The notes beneath the pieces were generated by a model. The model ran no database searches, was not told where the DNA came from, and saw only the letters and a list, made by a program, of their open reading frames with translations. Below, one piece after another: positions 12,828 through 26,643 of a DNA stretch of 64,000 nucleotides. Source of the DNA: Podarcis bocagei. Its lineage: Eukaryota. The stretch's first letter is position 1; each line of letters begins with the position of its first letter. Position numbers and translations under genes: made by a program. Location: the NCBI GenBank assembly GCA_964188305.1, contig OZ076898.1; one strand, written 5' to 3'.

Positions 12828-14385
12828 CTAGGAGAAGGAAAAGAGGGTGAGGGATGGGGAATGTCAACATGCCAGGAGGCCATAGGCCCCCCTGCCCCAT
12901 ACATTTCTGGCTGCTCTCTTGGACTACAGGTCCCTGCCCCCCCCAAAAAAACGACCCAGAGGGAGCAAAACTTTTGGTGGTCCTTGACTCTTTTCTGGGG
13001 GTGGATGTGGTAGCAAAAAGCTTCGGAGGCACTCAGAGCAACTGTGGGGCCTGCCCCTCACTTTTCTCCCCAGCTCCTAGCTTTGGGGAAGGGCAGAGGC
13101 TCACCGTAAGCACGGCATGGGGTGCTATTCATGATGGGAATGTGGGGGGGGGGGCTGCCAATCCCATTCTAAGCCAGCAGTCGCAGGGGGCAATCCTGTA
13201 GCTGGGACTTCCCAGATGTACCTAGCAGCACTGAGTTTCATCCGATGGCTTTGGGCTTGTTGCTTTCCCTCGGTCGCTTTTCTCGCAGCCTTTAAAATGG
13301 GCATAAGATCTCAGGTGGCACAGTGGGGCAGTGCATCTGGCTGTTAACCAGAAGGCTGCTGGTTCAAGCCCAACCAGGGATGGCTGTGAGCAGGATTCCT
13401 GTATTGCCGGGGGCTGGACTAGATGGTTCTTGGGGTCCCTTCCAACTCTACAGTTCTAGAGTCTAAGAAGATATGGGCAAGGCTGTGGACATTAGCAGCA
13501 ATCAGAATGATACTTAGCATTTCACTTTGTGGAGATTTCCGAACTGCTCAAAGCACTCCGGCTAAGTTGTCTTAATTGCCCCTCATACCAGTCTTGAATA
13601 AGGGAACTCTGGGTGGAAATTGAGTGTGAATGGTGGTTAGGTGAGGGTCTGGAAGAGGCAGATTCCTGGTTTACAGCTCATTATTTTAAATGCATTCACA
13701 CGTTCTCCTCTTTAGGAGGAATGCTGAGTCAGAGATAGCTGGACAGCCTCTCCAACACATCCCCACCCTCAAAAAAGAGGATTGCAGGTTTGCATCAAAT
13801 TTGCACATGCTAATTTATATTGTGTAGATGCAAAACAGAAACATGATACATGTCACTGTATTGGAGGAGACTGTGCCCAGGTGATGTGCTGTGTGTCCGC
13901 TCTGCCTGCTGCCCAGGTGTTGCCAACTGTTGATGGGCAATGCCGAGCGCCCCCACCTCTACTGGTTCTCCCTTCTTAGGGTTCTTTTATCATCCAGAAG
14001 AAGGACCAAAGAGGAGTGTCCTCTGCCAGCCCTTCAGACAGAGCAAGAGAGGAAAACCTCAATTTGCAGGCCTGATCCAGGTCTCCAGGTAAATTCTAAT
14101 CCATTTCCAAGACTCCACTGATTTTGGAAGAGGAAACAATATGGGGGGGGGGAGGTAGACGGAGCATGGGGTGAGGGGAGTTCAGGGTCTTCACAACCTT
14201 CTCCCCAGAGCAACCCTTGGAAGAGCAGAGAGGGGGAAATAAACCTCACTTCCACCAGCTGATCTGCACAACCTGTGTGACCTGTGAGTGTTTGTATGCT
14301 CTCTCTCTGTCTCTCTCTGTGTGTATGTGTGTAAGAGTGTGGCCCCCAGAGGATTGGCTAAAGGTGAGTGTGGCCCTCGAGCTAG

Positions 14386-14755
14386 NNNNNNNNNNNNNNN
14401 NNNNNNNNNNNNNNNNNNNNNNNNNNNNNNNNNNNNNNNNNNNNNNNNNNNNNNNNNNNNNNNNNNNNNNNNNNNNNNNNNNNNNNNNNNNNNNNNNNNN
14501 NNNNNNNNNNNNNNNNNNNNNNNNNNNNNNNNNNNNNNNNNNNNNNNNNNNNNNNNNNNNNNNNNNNNNNNNNNNNNNNNNNNNNNNNNNNNNNNNNNNN
14601 NNNNNNNNNNNNNNNNNNNNNNNNNNNNNNNNNNNNNNNNNNNNNNNNNNNNNNNNNNNNNNNNNNNNNNNNNNNNNNNNNNNNNNNNNNNNNNNNNNNN
14701 NNNNNNNNNNNNNNNNNNNNNNNNNNNNNNNNNNNNNNNNNNNNNNNNNNNNNNN
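14386..14755. other. Assembly gap (370 N) in PLCL-like intron 2
   Basis: Run of N. Confidence 0.99.
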
Positions 14756-16312
14756 ACTGCCCTCTGTAAAGCAAGACACATGGCCATTCTGCATCTCCAA
14801 GCGCTCACATCCCATTTCCCCTTGCCTTCTCCAATGCTTTGGGAAGGAGAAAACTACTGCTGCTTGTTTGTGCTTGGCCGGAGCAGCCCAGAGGAAAACA
14901 CAGCCGGGATGGGGAGGTGTGCTTTGTTGAATCAAGCCAGCTTTTTCTGTTGCAAATGGGGAGGGTGAGAGCGGCAGCTCCGCCCTTGGCAGAGAAGGCA
15001 ATGGGGGGATTAGAGAGACCAGAGGGCTCTCCAGCTGTTCATGGCTGTGACGGCTACAAAGCGAAGGCAGGTGGAAGCGAGATTTGTTATATCATAGGGA
15101 CACATAATTCGGCCTTATGCCGAATTAGACCACTGGTCGCTCTAGCTTAGCATTGTCTACACTGACTGGAAGCAGCTCTCCAGGGTTTCAGGCAAAGGAT
15201 ACTACTGATTAGCTTTTCTGATTGTCTCTGCGTCTTGAGTGCTGACTGCATTTGAACCAGCCCTGACACTAGGGCTTACAGGGCTCTTCCAATAATTCCT
15301 GGCACCCTCTACAAAATGGCGATCTCCTGCTGGTGTGGAAGTGGAGGCCTGTGGGACATTACTGCACTCAAACCAACAATTCATGTTTTGCCAGATAAGT
15401 GCAAGAAGAAGCTGAGGCTCACAGAGCTTTCCTGTAAAATTTGCTAGAGAGAACTCTGTGAGATCACTTCTTTTGCCTGCCTGGGCAAGAAGCTGTAACA
15501 GGACATAATTCCCTCCTGCCAGGGCACCTCTCTTTTTCTTCTACATGCTTCCAAGCCAACTCCACATATGTGTCTGAGCTCTGGAGCTCAGACACCATTT
15601 TGAACTTATATTTTGTATTTTTGTAACATATAGTAGTTATAAACCTGCCTTCATTTTGCTACAGTAACTGCTGCTTCAAAAACTAGATTATGTAAGTAAA
15701 TACTACTTGTACTTCTCCACAAAACAATGTGTGTGCAATTGTTATTTTTAAGGTGGAGAAAAGAGGTAATATCAGGGAAAATCCAGTCTGCCTTAAAGCA
15801 TCCTGGATTATTGTTTCTAGAGGGTTAAATCAACTTTGTCTTAGCTTCCAAATTTAAAGCTGCAAAGGATGGTACTCTGCTGATCTCGCTCACAAGAGCA
15901 AGGATAATAACAAAATAATATATGCCCTCCTTGTGCCTATACCCATACTTCGGAAGTCGTACTGAATCTGTTCCGGAAGTCTGTTCGACTTCTGAAACGT
16001 TCAACTTTCAAAGCACAGCTTCTGATTTGCTGCAGGAAGCTCCTGCAGCAAATCAGAAGCTGCAGAAGCCCCATCAGACGTTTGGCTTCCAAAATAATGT
16101 TCGAAAACTGGAACACTCACTTCCAGTTTCCAGTCATTCAGGAGCTGGAATGTTCAACTCCCAAGGCGTTTGGGAGCCAAGGTACGACTGTACTCCATAT
16201 TTTTAAAGTAGATAGGCATTCAGACAATTCAGACACCCTCCTCCTCCCCATCTCCAAGACCTGCAAGCCAAACTCAGAAGGCCCCATCCCCCATCTCCCA
16301 CTACCTGGGTAC

Positions 16313-18796
16313 CTGCATGTTCTCCCGCAGGTCTGTGGCCTCCCGCAGTGGCTGAGTGGCAGTGCGGAACACCTCGTCAATAGCCTTAATGCCCGTGGCC
16401 TTGGTGGAGGTGTACTCCCGCATGCGCCGGCCCTTGCGTCCCGAGAGCCCCCTCCGGTGCGCTTTGCCTCCGCCTCGCCGGTTGGTGATGGCAACATGGA
16501 CAAACAAGGTGGTGTTGGCGAGGGGCTCACCAGCCAGGGACTGGAGGGGCACATGGCGGTACCCCACCTGGAGGCACTCGAAAGGGATTGTGTACTGCGC
16601 GATGAACTCATCCCCGATGTAGTCGTCATCGAGCACCATGAATCTCAGAATCGCCAGCTCTGGGAGGTTCACCTGGAACTCCAGGGTTTCCTCAAAGACA
16701 GGGTTGTCTCCACTCTGCAGCACCGTCTTGGTGCGTTTCTCGGCACAGTCAGCGGGGATGCCATGCATCTCGGCACAAACGTACGGCTCCACCACGTCAC
16801 CCTTGGCCCCGGAGCCCTTGGGTTTGGGCAGATTCTGGCCACTGATCACCTTGAGGTGCAGGAGCTGGGCCGAGATGCCCGGCAAGGTGTCCCGGGTGTT
16901 TGCGCTGAAGTAGGACACTTCCTCGCGCATGATGGCTGGCCGGAGGACATAGCCGCAGCCCCCGTTCTGGCGGAACCAGCCAGCGTTCAAGTCCATCATG
17001 AGGCCTGGCGTCTGGTAGTTCATGGCCACCATCTGGCAGCCGCACTTCCAGAAGTCCTGGGGGTTCATGTTGCTGGCGTCAATGCGCATGGGGCTAGGGT
17101 AGACCCGGGAGAGGAAGCGCTTGTTGTACTCCACAAAATCCTCCGGTTCTTCATTGGCGTAGCGCCCGGCCTCCACCTCGCTGAAGGAGCAGGTTTCCCA
17201 ATAGCACTGGTTCCGCCGAGAGGCCTCAAAGCCCTGGAAGGACACCGCCTGGCACAGGCTCACCAGGTCCGAGAGCTCGCGGCACAAGGCCCGCCGGCAA
17301 CGCGGCCGCTCTCGGTCCTCCTCGCTGAGAGGCAGGCTGAGCTCCAGGGTCTCCTCATCATCTGACACGTCCCCCTCGCCGGCCTGGCAGCTGGGGAGCA
17401 GCTTCCGGCTCTTGATGAGGATGCAGTTCTTGAGCTTTTCCGGGGAGGGGAGGTAGGACTCGCTGGGGTTCGGAGGCACCAGGTACAGCTTGTCCCCAAA
17501 TGTCTTCCTCAGGTGCTCGGCCACCAGGTGCTGCTGGGCGATGCAGCAACGCACCGAGAGGCACAGGATGAGCGGGAAGTCGGAGGCCTCAAAGGCGTGC
17601 TCGGCAACTGCACCCACCACTCTAGAGAAGGCCAAGCGGGTGCCAGCACCGACTACTGGCTCCCCAGACGAGCCGTCGCAGACCACGAGCTCCAGGCTGC
17701 GGCAGCCGGCCTTGAGCGCCGCCACATAGCCCCCAATGTCCGAAGTGGAGCCGCCCCAGAAGCAGCTGTCCTCGGCCAGGCACGCTCCGTGCGCGGAGCT
17801 AATGAAGTAGTGGGACAACGGCTGGGTCATGTCCTGGCACACCTTGCGGTGCTGGGGGTCGAAGATGTCGCAGTCGGCGGAGAGGAGGTAGCGAGTGAAG
17901 CCGTCAATGGCCAAGTAGCCCCTTTCCCGGCCTTCCTTGGAGGGCTCGTACTTCCGGACGATCTCCAGGCACATCTCCTCTGTCACACCCTCCATGCCCT
18001 GCTCGGCCTCCAAGAAGCTCATGAGGTCCTTCAGGCCCATGTACTCCTTGTTGCTGGAGAACTGGACCAAGAGGAAGAAGACCTCCGGCCTGGTGCACAG
18101 CTCACAGTAGGCCTCCACAAAGACCTCGCAGCCCACCTCCTCCCCGAGTCGCTCACTGGCCGCTTTCTGGAGCTCCTTGAACTTCAGCTCTATGGTGGAC
18201 ATCTTCATGCCAGGGTTGAGGGCCCGGATGAGCTGCACAGCACGGGAAACCGGGATCCGGCCTTCCTTCTCCAGATCCGCAATGTCAAAGACAGAGGCGA
18301 TCCAGGAAGTGCGGGGGTTCGGGTGGCTGGTCTCGGGAGCCCCCTCCAGGGTGTGCTTCCCATAGGAGGCCAAGTACCGCAGCCCCATCACCCAGGCGTT
18401 CACCACGTCGACAGAGCCGGCCACCAGGTCCAGAGACTCGTAGTTGTCCCCGTAGATGATCGAGAAGGCGCATTCATCCGGGAACTGGTCCGAGAGGCCA
18501 TTGGAGCGCAGCACCGGCGTCTTCTTCCCAACTCGCACCTCCTTGACTGACTTGATTTCAATCTTGGCCTTCTCGGAGTCTTTCTTGGAAGGCTCCCAGT
18601 GCATGAAGCGCAAGTCCGGGTCCAGCACAAAGAACCGGCTGTACATGCGGGAGTTGGAGCGCACTTTCTTCATCTCGCAGCCCTCCAGCATGAAGGAGAT
18701 GCAGGCGGCGGTGCTGCTGAGCTTGCGGTTGCTGGGCATGGTGCTGAAGGAGACCGTCTTCTTCTTGTGTTGCAGGGGGCGCTGGCGGGACCCGTC
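16313..18796 (-). CDS. PLCL2-like gene, giant exon 2 (2484 nt): PP1-binding KTVSF, PH, EF-hand, degenerate X/Y catalytic-like and C2 domains
   Basis: Covers the 812-aa ORF 16301-18739, extended to the acceptor ttag|GAC ([25 protein letters not shown]). Ends at DLRENMQ|gt as in PLCL1/2. Long blocks are near-identical to PLCL2 ([13 protein letters not shown]; [14 protein letters not shown]; [12 protein letters not shown]). Confidence 0.96.
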
Positions 18797-20210
18797 CTAA
18801 GAGAAGGGAAAGGAGGAATAAGACAAGAGTGGTCAGGGGTGCAGCGGGATTCAGGCTAGGGCTTCTGAGTTAGGGCAGACATACAGGGCCCACTCACCCG
18901 GAAACATAGCAGGGTTGGCTTACCATATATGGAAGGATGTGAAGAAGACCATGAAGTCCACAGCCCAGAACAACCTTTCCTAACCAGGTGCTCTCCGGCT
19001 GTTGCTGCACTCCCATGAGCCTCAGCTAAAATGGCTGTGGCAGCCCAGGCCTGAATCCTGTTTGCCCATGGCAAGGCCACTTGTTGTTTTGCTTTATTTG
19101 TATTCGTTGCATTTAGGGGCAGATGGGGCTCGTGAACCTGGGAAGGCAGCCCATCTAGGAGAAGGAAAACCCTGATCCTAAAGCCCCACTGCCTTGGGGG
19201 AGAAGAAAAGGCTCAGGAGTAAACCCTACACAAATCCGAAGCTGAGTCCCTAAGCAATGGTTGGATGACGCCTTGTTCGCTTCCTGCTGGTGCTAAACGT
19301 ATTGCTCTGCTCTCCTTTGGACCAATGAGACCGAGAGAGTGTGTGGGGGAGGGGTGTCTTGCCATCTAGGCAGCCCAGGACCTCCATACACACTGCCCAG
19401 GCTTGTGTCCTGAGAAAGGATGGGTGGAGGACCTGAAGGAAAACTGAAGGGTTTGTAAGATGGGGGATGCTGAAGAAACAAGGGCTGAATGAAAAAAAAC
19501 TTTGGGAAGCATCTACACAACAGGGGACGGCAGGACCCTTGACACATAGGTGGGTGTTGTTGTTGTTGACATTATTATTATTGAACTATTTCGTTCAGCT
19601 TCAAGGAACCAAAGACCAACCAGTCGCAGCTGGAAGGTCAGGGACGAACCATTCTCCTAAAATGATCAGGCTTGACCTGAACTCTGAAAACGTAGCTCTC
19701 CGCTCCCCCATCCTCCAGCCCGGTGCAGGGGCCAGATAAGACCAAACTGGCTCCAGGAACTCCGAGCCAAACCCCCAATGCTAAAAATAGTTACATCCGA
19801 CCATTCTGTTGATTCTTTCCTTCCCCTGTTCCCTCACCCCCCCACCCACAATGCTTCCTGATGGGGGGTGGGGTAAGAAAGGGGGAAGAATAGCAGAGGA
19901 TGGAAGAGGGAAGAGGCAGGCAAACATGCTGGGAATTCACAAATGCAATTAACTGGAGGTACAGTGCGAAAATGTTTAAATGTATTTCCCATGAAGATCG
20001 CCCTCTGCGCCCCAGTTGGCTCCAATGGGTCTACAAAATGGCAAAAACTACAGGGATGTCAGCATCATCCCCCACAAAAGTTAATTTCTCAACAGGGTTA
20101 AAAGCTGCAACCCCAAACACACTTGTTGGTGAGCAATTCCCATTAAACTTAGTGTGATTTGCTTCCAAACAAATATAGAAGGATTGTGCCCTTGTGTTAA
20201 AAAGAATAGA

Positions 20211-20584
20211 AAAGTAAATGACCCCTGGACGGTTAAGTCCAGTCAAATGTGACTATGGGGTTGCGGTGCTCATCTTGCTTTCAGGCTGAGGGAACCAGCG
20301 TTTGTCCACAGACAGCTTTCCGGGTCATGTGGCCAGCATGACTAAACAGCTTCTGCCGCAACGGGACACTGTGATGGAAACCAGAGCGCACGGAAATGCC
20401 ATTTACCTTCCCCCTACAGCAGTACCTATTTATCTACTTGCACTGATGTGCTTTCAAACTGCTAGGTTGATAGGAGCTGGGACAGAGCAACGGGAGCTCA
20501 CTCCGTCGTGGGGATTCAATCCACCGACCTTCCGATCAGCAAGCCCAAGAGGCTGGGTGGTTTAGACCACAGTGCCACCCGTGT
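20211..20584 (-). mobile_element. Sauria SINE (different subfamily)
   Basis: Shares gggtcatgtggccagcatgact and gtacctatttatctacttgcac blocks with the other copies. Confidence 0.75.
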
Positions 20585-22703
20585 GTTAGTGTTAGTCCCA
20601 GACCAGGTAGTGTTTCATTGCTTGGTAAATGTACAATTGGATTTTATTGGGACAGTATTGTTATTCTGTAAGCTGCACAGAACTAAAAAATAATAATCAG
20701 GAAGTAATTTAAATTTTTAAAAGTCATTTCTCTCTGTGCAAGCTCAGAGCTACTCAGTTGACTTTATGTGTTCCAGGATTGTGAACTGAGCCCCGGTGAA
20801 GCTTTCAGCAGCTCGCAATCACACCAAAAAGAAACAACAGAAATAGGAATAGCTTACGCTTAGCAATTTCTGGGGTCCCCTAGTTTCTGGGGTCCTAACC
20901 AAGTATACCATGGTTAGGACCCTGGAAACTTTTCCTTAGCTAAGTCCTGGTACAGTTTCAAAGCAAAAACCATTTCAGGTTCTTCCTGGACTTGCACTGT
21001 AAACAAGGAAACCCATCGTGGTGTAATGGTTAGAGTGTTGGGCTAGGACCTGGGAGGCCAGGGTTCAAATCACCACTCAGCCATGCAGCTCACTGGGTGA
21101 CCTTGGGCCAGCCACTGTCTCAGCCAAACCTACCGAACAGAGTTGTTGAGAGGATAAAATGGAGATAGGGAGCAGTGTAATCTAATATACACATTTTTGA
21201 AGAAAACTTTCCCCTAATATAATGCATTTCTGTATGTTTTTTCCACCAACATATATATGTACTTTTATGCACACTTTACTCCAGAATGTGCTGTTGTTTT
21301 TTTTGTGTGAGAGTGAGGTACACATTACTTGCCTGGAGAACTGTACTGCGCAGTTCCAAGACTTGTGTATTTCAAATGATGGTTGTGTTTTGGTTTGCAT
21401 CTTGTTTCGAAGAGTTCTAATGTAAGTGGGATTGTCTTGAAATGCAAGCTGAACATAATTTCTTACCCATGTACTATCATGTGTGCACAAATCTGCTATG
21501 GGCAAAGATTTGTAGCTGGGAACGCTAAGCCAAATACTGGTGTTAGAATGACAAACCAAGCGCCTTATGAAGGCTGCATTCACACCATACATTCAAAGCA
21601 CACAGCTTCCCAGGAAGGGTCCCTGAAACTGTAGAATAACCTTCAAAGAGCTACAGTTCCCAGCACCCTTTACAAACTATAGTTCCCACGGTTCCTCCAC
21701 CACATATATTGTTTTGCAGGCCTCAAGCAACTTTCTCTTTAAGCCTCAGTTTTCCCCATCTGCAAAATGGGAACAGTTAAGTGATGCATGCCTTGTAGGA
21801 CTGGTGCAAAGACCAAATGCAATAATAAAACTCTACCAATGCAAAGTGCCACACACAAACAGCCTTCGGCTACTAACAGCAGCCCGAAGGACAAATCTGG
21901 CAGCTGACCAGAAAGTCCTGCCAACATTGGCACTCCATCTCCTGGGCACAATGAAAAATGATAAGCTCACTGCCAGGAGACTGCAGGAAGCAGGGTAGGG
22001 AAATTCACAAACAGCAGAACTCCCCTGGTGGGGGGGAGTGTCAACATTTCAACGGTCCCAGAAGGGATTCCCCCCTTTTTTTTTTTAAGATTGCCACCCT
22101 CCCTCATTTTGCCAAGCCACTGTGACTGCAGCTAGCTTTTGGAGACCGCCTCTCTGATGGGCAGGGAAATGTGCCTTTCTGGGTCCTGGGCTGGTGGGTG
22201 GGTGAAGCTTGCCTGTGCATCTGGAAACAGAAAGGGCATCTGTGCTGGAAAGTCAAGTAACTTGCACCCCAGGGGTTAAATCTCTGCCAGCTCTCCTCCA
22301 CTGGCATAAAAGCGCTGCTGGATGTAGCCATCTCCTCCTCTTGGCCTAGGGATGCTACTTGAGGATCCAACCCCAAGCCTCCCTCACACACCCTAAGCTA
22401 GTGCCCCCTCCCCCCCCCAACGCCTAGAATGGGCAGCTGGAAAAACGACAGCCTAATAGTACAATGCAAAAATTAAGACTTTTAGACTCAAATGCCCATC
22501 AGCTCACTGGGTGACTTTGAACCATTCCCTCTCCCTCTGCCTAACCTACCTTTCAGGGCTGTCGTGGGGACAAATGGGTGAGAACCATGTGTATGACCCT
22601 TGAGCTCTGTTATGAGGAAAGGCGGGGTTTAAATGCAATGAATTGATGCCACCCTATGTCTTCTGAAAGCACACAGTCAAACTCAAGAAGCTTAATCCAA
22701 GTA

Positions 22704-23186
22704 CAATGGTACCTCGGGTTAAGAACTTAATTCGTTCCGGAGGTCCGTTCTTAACCTGAAACTGTTCTTAACCTGAGGTACCACTTTAGTTAATGGGGAC
22801 TCCTACTGCCGCCGTGCGATTTCTGTTCTCATCCTGAAGCACAGTTCTTAACCCAAGGTACTATTTCTGGGTTAGCAGAGTCTGTAACCTGAAGTGTCTG
22901 TAACCTGAGGTACCACTGTACCAGAAACACCTGAGGAATCTGTATAGTGGTACCTCTGGTTATGAACTTAATTTGTTCCGGAGGTCCGTTCTTTACCTGA
23001 AACCGTTCTTAACCTGAGGTACCACTTTAGCTAATGGGGCCTCCCGCTGCCACCGCACCACCAGTGAGCGATTTCTGTTCTCATCCTGAGGTAAAGTTCT
23101 TAACCCGAGGTACTACTTCCAGGTTAGTGGAGTCTGTAACCTGAAGTGTTTGTAACCTGAGGTGTTTATAACCCAAGGTACCACTG
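22704..23186. mobile_element. Two adjacent copies of the CAGTGGTACC MITE family
   Basis: 22704-22918 and 22945-23186, each with TIRs and TA flanks. Confidence 0.8.
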
Positions 23187-24022
23187 TAGTTGTGTCCTTG
23201 CCTTGGGCGGATACAATTGGGTTTCTTCCAAACCAGAACCATAGCTGGCACCCCCTCTCTCCTTTCACCGGCCCTTACGGTTGTGAAGACATGCATGAAA
23301 GGCTGTTTGTAGACTGAGAGCCATGACAGGAAAGGTAATCTGAGAGGTATCATCATCACCACCACCACCACCACCACCACCACCACAGTTGCCAACCTGG
23401 AGGCAAAATAAATGTGGAGAAGCACAGTCATAAATGCACTGTGGGCAGAGCTGTCAGCTCAGCAGCAAGGGAAAGTAACTCTGCACGGGATCAGAGGCAA
23501 TCTTGACAGTCCTAATAGGACTGTCGCTGGATGGTGCTTTGGTGCAGAGAAGCAGTTCCAGGTTATAAGGTCTGACCTTGGAACTTGAGGGCTTTGAGCC
23601 CACCCATCACCCACTCGGCACCTTTTCCTTGCATGCCACTTCCTTGGCAAGAGCCACAGAAAGCACCTGAGCAGGAAGGAATGGGGTTCTCAGGACCTGG
23701 CTGCCCCTGAGACGTTTCCAGGTCCTGTATACCTGAAGGAGCGTCTCCACCCCCATCGTTCAGCCCGGACCCTGAGATCCAGCGCCAAGGGCCTTCTGGC
23801 GGTTCCCTCATTGCGAGAAGTGAGGTTACAGGGAACCAGACAGAGGGCCTTCTCGGTAGTGGCGCCTACCCTGTGGAACGCCCTCCCTTCAGATGTGAAG
23901 GAAATAAGCAGCTATCCTATCTTTAAAAGATATCTGAAGGCAGCCTTGTTTTTAACACTTGATTGGAAGCCGCCCAGAGTGGCTGGGGAGGCTCAGCCAC
24001 ATGGGCGGGGTATAAATAATAA

Positions 24023-24086
<64 letters not shown>

Positions 24087-25061
24087 CATGCCCTGCCATG
24101 GGAACTCTATGGAGGCTGACACTTCTTTTTTATTTTCCTGGGCCACGCGGAGATGCAGGCGGGTCCCAGATCCGAAGAACATAGGGGAGGATGGTTACCA
24201 CCCTGAGCTGGGCAGAGACAAAAATCGACAGCGAGGGGGTGGAGATGAGTCAGACATCAAAGTTACATAATGTACCGTCTCTACGGTTACCACAGGAAGG
24301 AGGGGAAATTGATGGTTCCTAAATTGACACAGATCAGAAGATTGGGATGGAGCGGGAGATGTTTATCCAAAGTCATTATTGGGTTTCGGCAGCTGCAGGA
24401 GGGCGTGGGAGGGAAAAGGTGAGATGAGGAGTTTGGGGGCAAACGGGGGTCAAAGTTCCTGGCCTGAACACAAAAGAATGAGTCCAACCGATTTTAGACA
24501 CTAGAACCTGTTCTCAGTGCCAGCGGTTCATTCCTGGAGCATGTGAAGTCCAGAATTCTCTCCTTGCCAAGAGAACATCATCCCTAAGTTGAGTATTGAC
24601 AGCCAGATCTCACACACCTGAGTCTCACCTGCCAGTCTCTCAACCTAATTTTATTAACGGCATCCAAGATCTCAGGCAACCCCTTCATTACAAGCTAAGG
24701 ATAAGGTAGAGTGCATAACTCAATGGCAGAGCACATGCTTTGAATGCAGAAGGCCCCAGGTTCAATGCCTGCTGTCTCCTGGTGGTTCTGGGAAACGCAC
24801 CTGAGGCGATGTCTGCAACAGTCATAGGATTCTTTGGGGAAAACCATGGCAGTTCAAAATGCAATCCTAGTGCTTTATGTTGCATATGTGGTCTGAATAG
24901 CAGGTTGAAGGCAGCTTCTTCCTATGACATGGTCTTATATGAATCTGCCTCATGCTAAATCTAAAGCAATTAGGCATGTTCTGCCAACCTTTCAACGACA
25001 AGTTTACGGAGGACAGATGGATGGATGGCAATGAGCCCATTTGTGTCCTGTCGCTCTAGAG

Positions 25062-25197
25062 CAGGCATGGCCAAACTTGGCCCTCCAGCTGTTTTGGGAC
25101 TACAGCTCCCATCATCCCTAACTAACAGGACCAGTGGTCAGGGATGATGGGAATTGTAGTCCCAAAACAGCTGGAGGGCCAAGTTTGGTCATGCCTG
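25062..25197. mobile_element. hAT MITE with 8-bp TSD ctctagag (same family at 38954-39089)
   Basis: Long TIRs caggcatggccaaacttgg / ccaagtttggtcatgcctg; TSD at 25054-25061 and 25198-25205. Confidence 0.85.
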
Positions 25198-25699
25198 CTC
25201 TAGAGGGTAGGACCCAGCCTGTGGGCTCAAATTAAAAGAAAAGGGATCCAGGCTAAACATTAGGAAGAACATCCTGGTGACTTGAGCTTTCCCACAGTGG
25301 AAGAGATTGCCTTGGAAGGGAGCTGACCTCCCCTTCATTAAGAGGTATTTAAAGTAGAAGGTGGATTGCCTGCCAATGCCACCTGTCAGGGACACTGTAC
25401 AGTCGTACCTTGGAAGTCAAACAGAATCTGTTCCGGAAGTCCGTTCAACTTCAAAAATGTTCGGAAACCAAAGCACAGCTTCTGATTGGCTGCAGGAAGG
25501 TCCTGCAGCCAATCAGAAGCCCCATCGGACTTTCGGCTTCCAAAAATAGTTTGCAACCGGAACACTCACTTCCGGTTTTCGATCATTCGGGAGCCAAAAT
25601 GTTCGGCAACTAAGCTGTTTGAGATCCAAGGTACGACTGTAGTAGATTTCTGTGGGGTTTTGTTAGTGGAGACACAGTTCTACTCAGACTTTAGCAGAA

Positions 25700-25830
25700 C
25701 TGGCTACCCCTCCCAGTTTGAGGTCGTCAACAAATCTGATGAGCATGCCCTCAATCCCTTCATCCACGTTGTTTATAAAGACACTGAACAATAATGGGCT
25801 CAGGAAAGAACCCTGCGGCACCCCACTTGT
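25700..25830 (-). mobile_element. CR1-type LINE reverse-transcriptase fragment
   Basis: Minus translation SGVPQGSFLSPLLFSVFINNVDEGIEGMLIRFVDDLKL resembles the CR1 RT motif GVPQGS...FADD. Confidence 0.65.
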
Positions 25831-26505
25831 TCACGTTTTCCTGAAAGGCTGAGGAACCACTAGTGAGTACTCTTTGGGTTCGGCCGGACCTTAGTGGCCT
25901 TCCTTATGTTTCACCTGTGTATGAAAATACAAGACCTCACAGCTTGTGCAGCATCCTTCTTTAGGCAAAACAGAGAGGGCCTTGAGCTGGCTACAAAAGC
26001 AATGGATTTTGAAAAAAGGAAGAAGAGGGGGAAAATGCACGTCAGGCAGCTCCGTCTTAATGAGAGAAGGAGCAAGATCTTCCGGGAAATACTCTTATTA
26101 ATTTGTTTATATGCTGCTTAGTGCCAATAAGTGGTTTACAAAATATAAAAAGCCAATTACACAGACGTTAAAAAAAGAATATCCGTAATTAAAATGCACA
26201 AGAGAATAATCCAATTAAAATGACGCAGCCATTAAAACAGGAGACTCGTGGTTACGCAGTATCCACTTAGGGTACATTTAGTAGGAGAAGGAGTTATTAT
26301 TTATTACAATACGTATTATATTATAATCATAATAATCAATTGGTTGGCTCTTCTCATGTTCATGATTATAATAAATAATATCTCAGTCCAACTCTTACAA
26401 GCATTTGGAATCTGCATTCTAAATGAATGAATCTTGGAGCAGTCTTATGCATGTTTACTCCGAAGTAAGTCCGACTGAAGTACAACAACAAAACTGCCTT
26501 TAGAG

Positions 26506-26643
26506 CAGCCTTTCTCAGCCTGTGGGTCCCCAGATGTTGCTGAACTACAACTCCCATCACCCCTAGCTAGCAAGGCCAGAGCTCAGGGATGATGGGAGTT
26601 GTAGTCCAACAACATCTGGAGACCCACAGGTTGAGAACCGCTG
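26506..26643. mobile_element. hAT MITE with 8-bp TSD ctttagag (related copy 58675-58783, TSD ccctaaag)
   Basis: Palindromic element with a perfect 8-bp direct repeat on each side. Confidence 0.85.

Noticed and set aside
14191-15001. ORFs of 130-251 aa
   Set aside because: Artefacts of translating through the N gap.
15384-15912. Possible solo LTR (TG...CA)
   Set aside because: No convincing TSD or second copy in the window.
16301-16312. ORF-track stop after ...ENMQVPR
   Set aside because: Read-through into intron 2; the conserved donor after ENMQ joins exon 3 in frame, so the gene is not truncated.
16082-18550. Long plus-strand ORFs (427 aa and 345 aa)
   Set aside because: Antisense shadows of GC3-rich PLCL-like exon 2; no recognisable domain, and the first starts inside a MITE.
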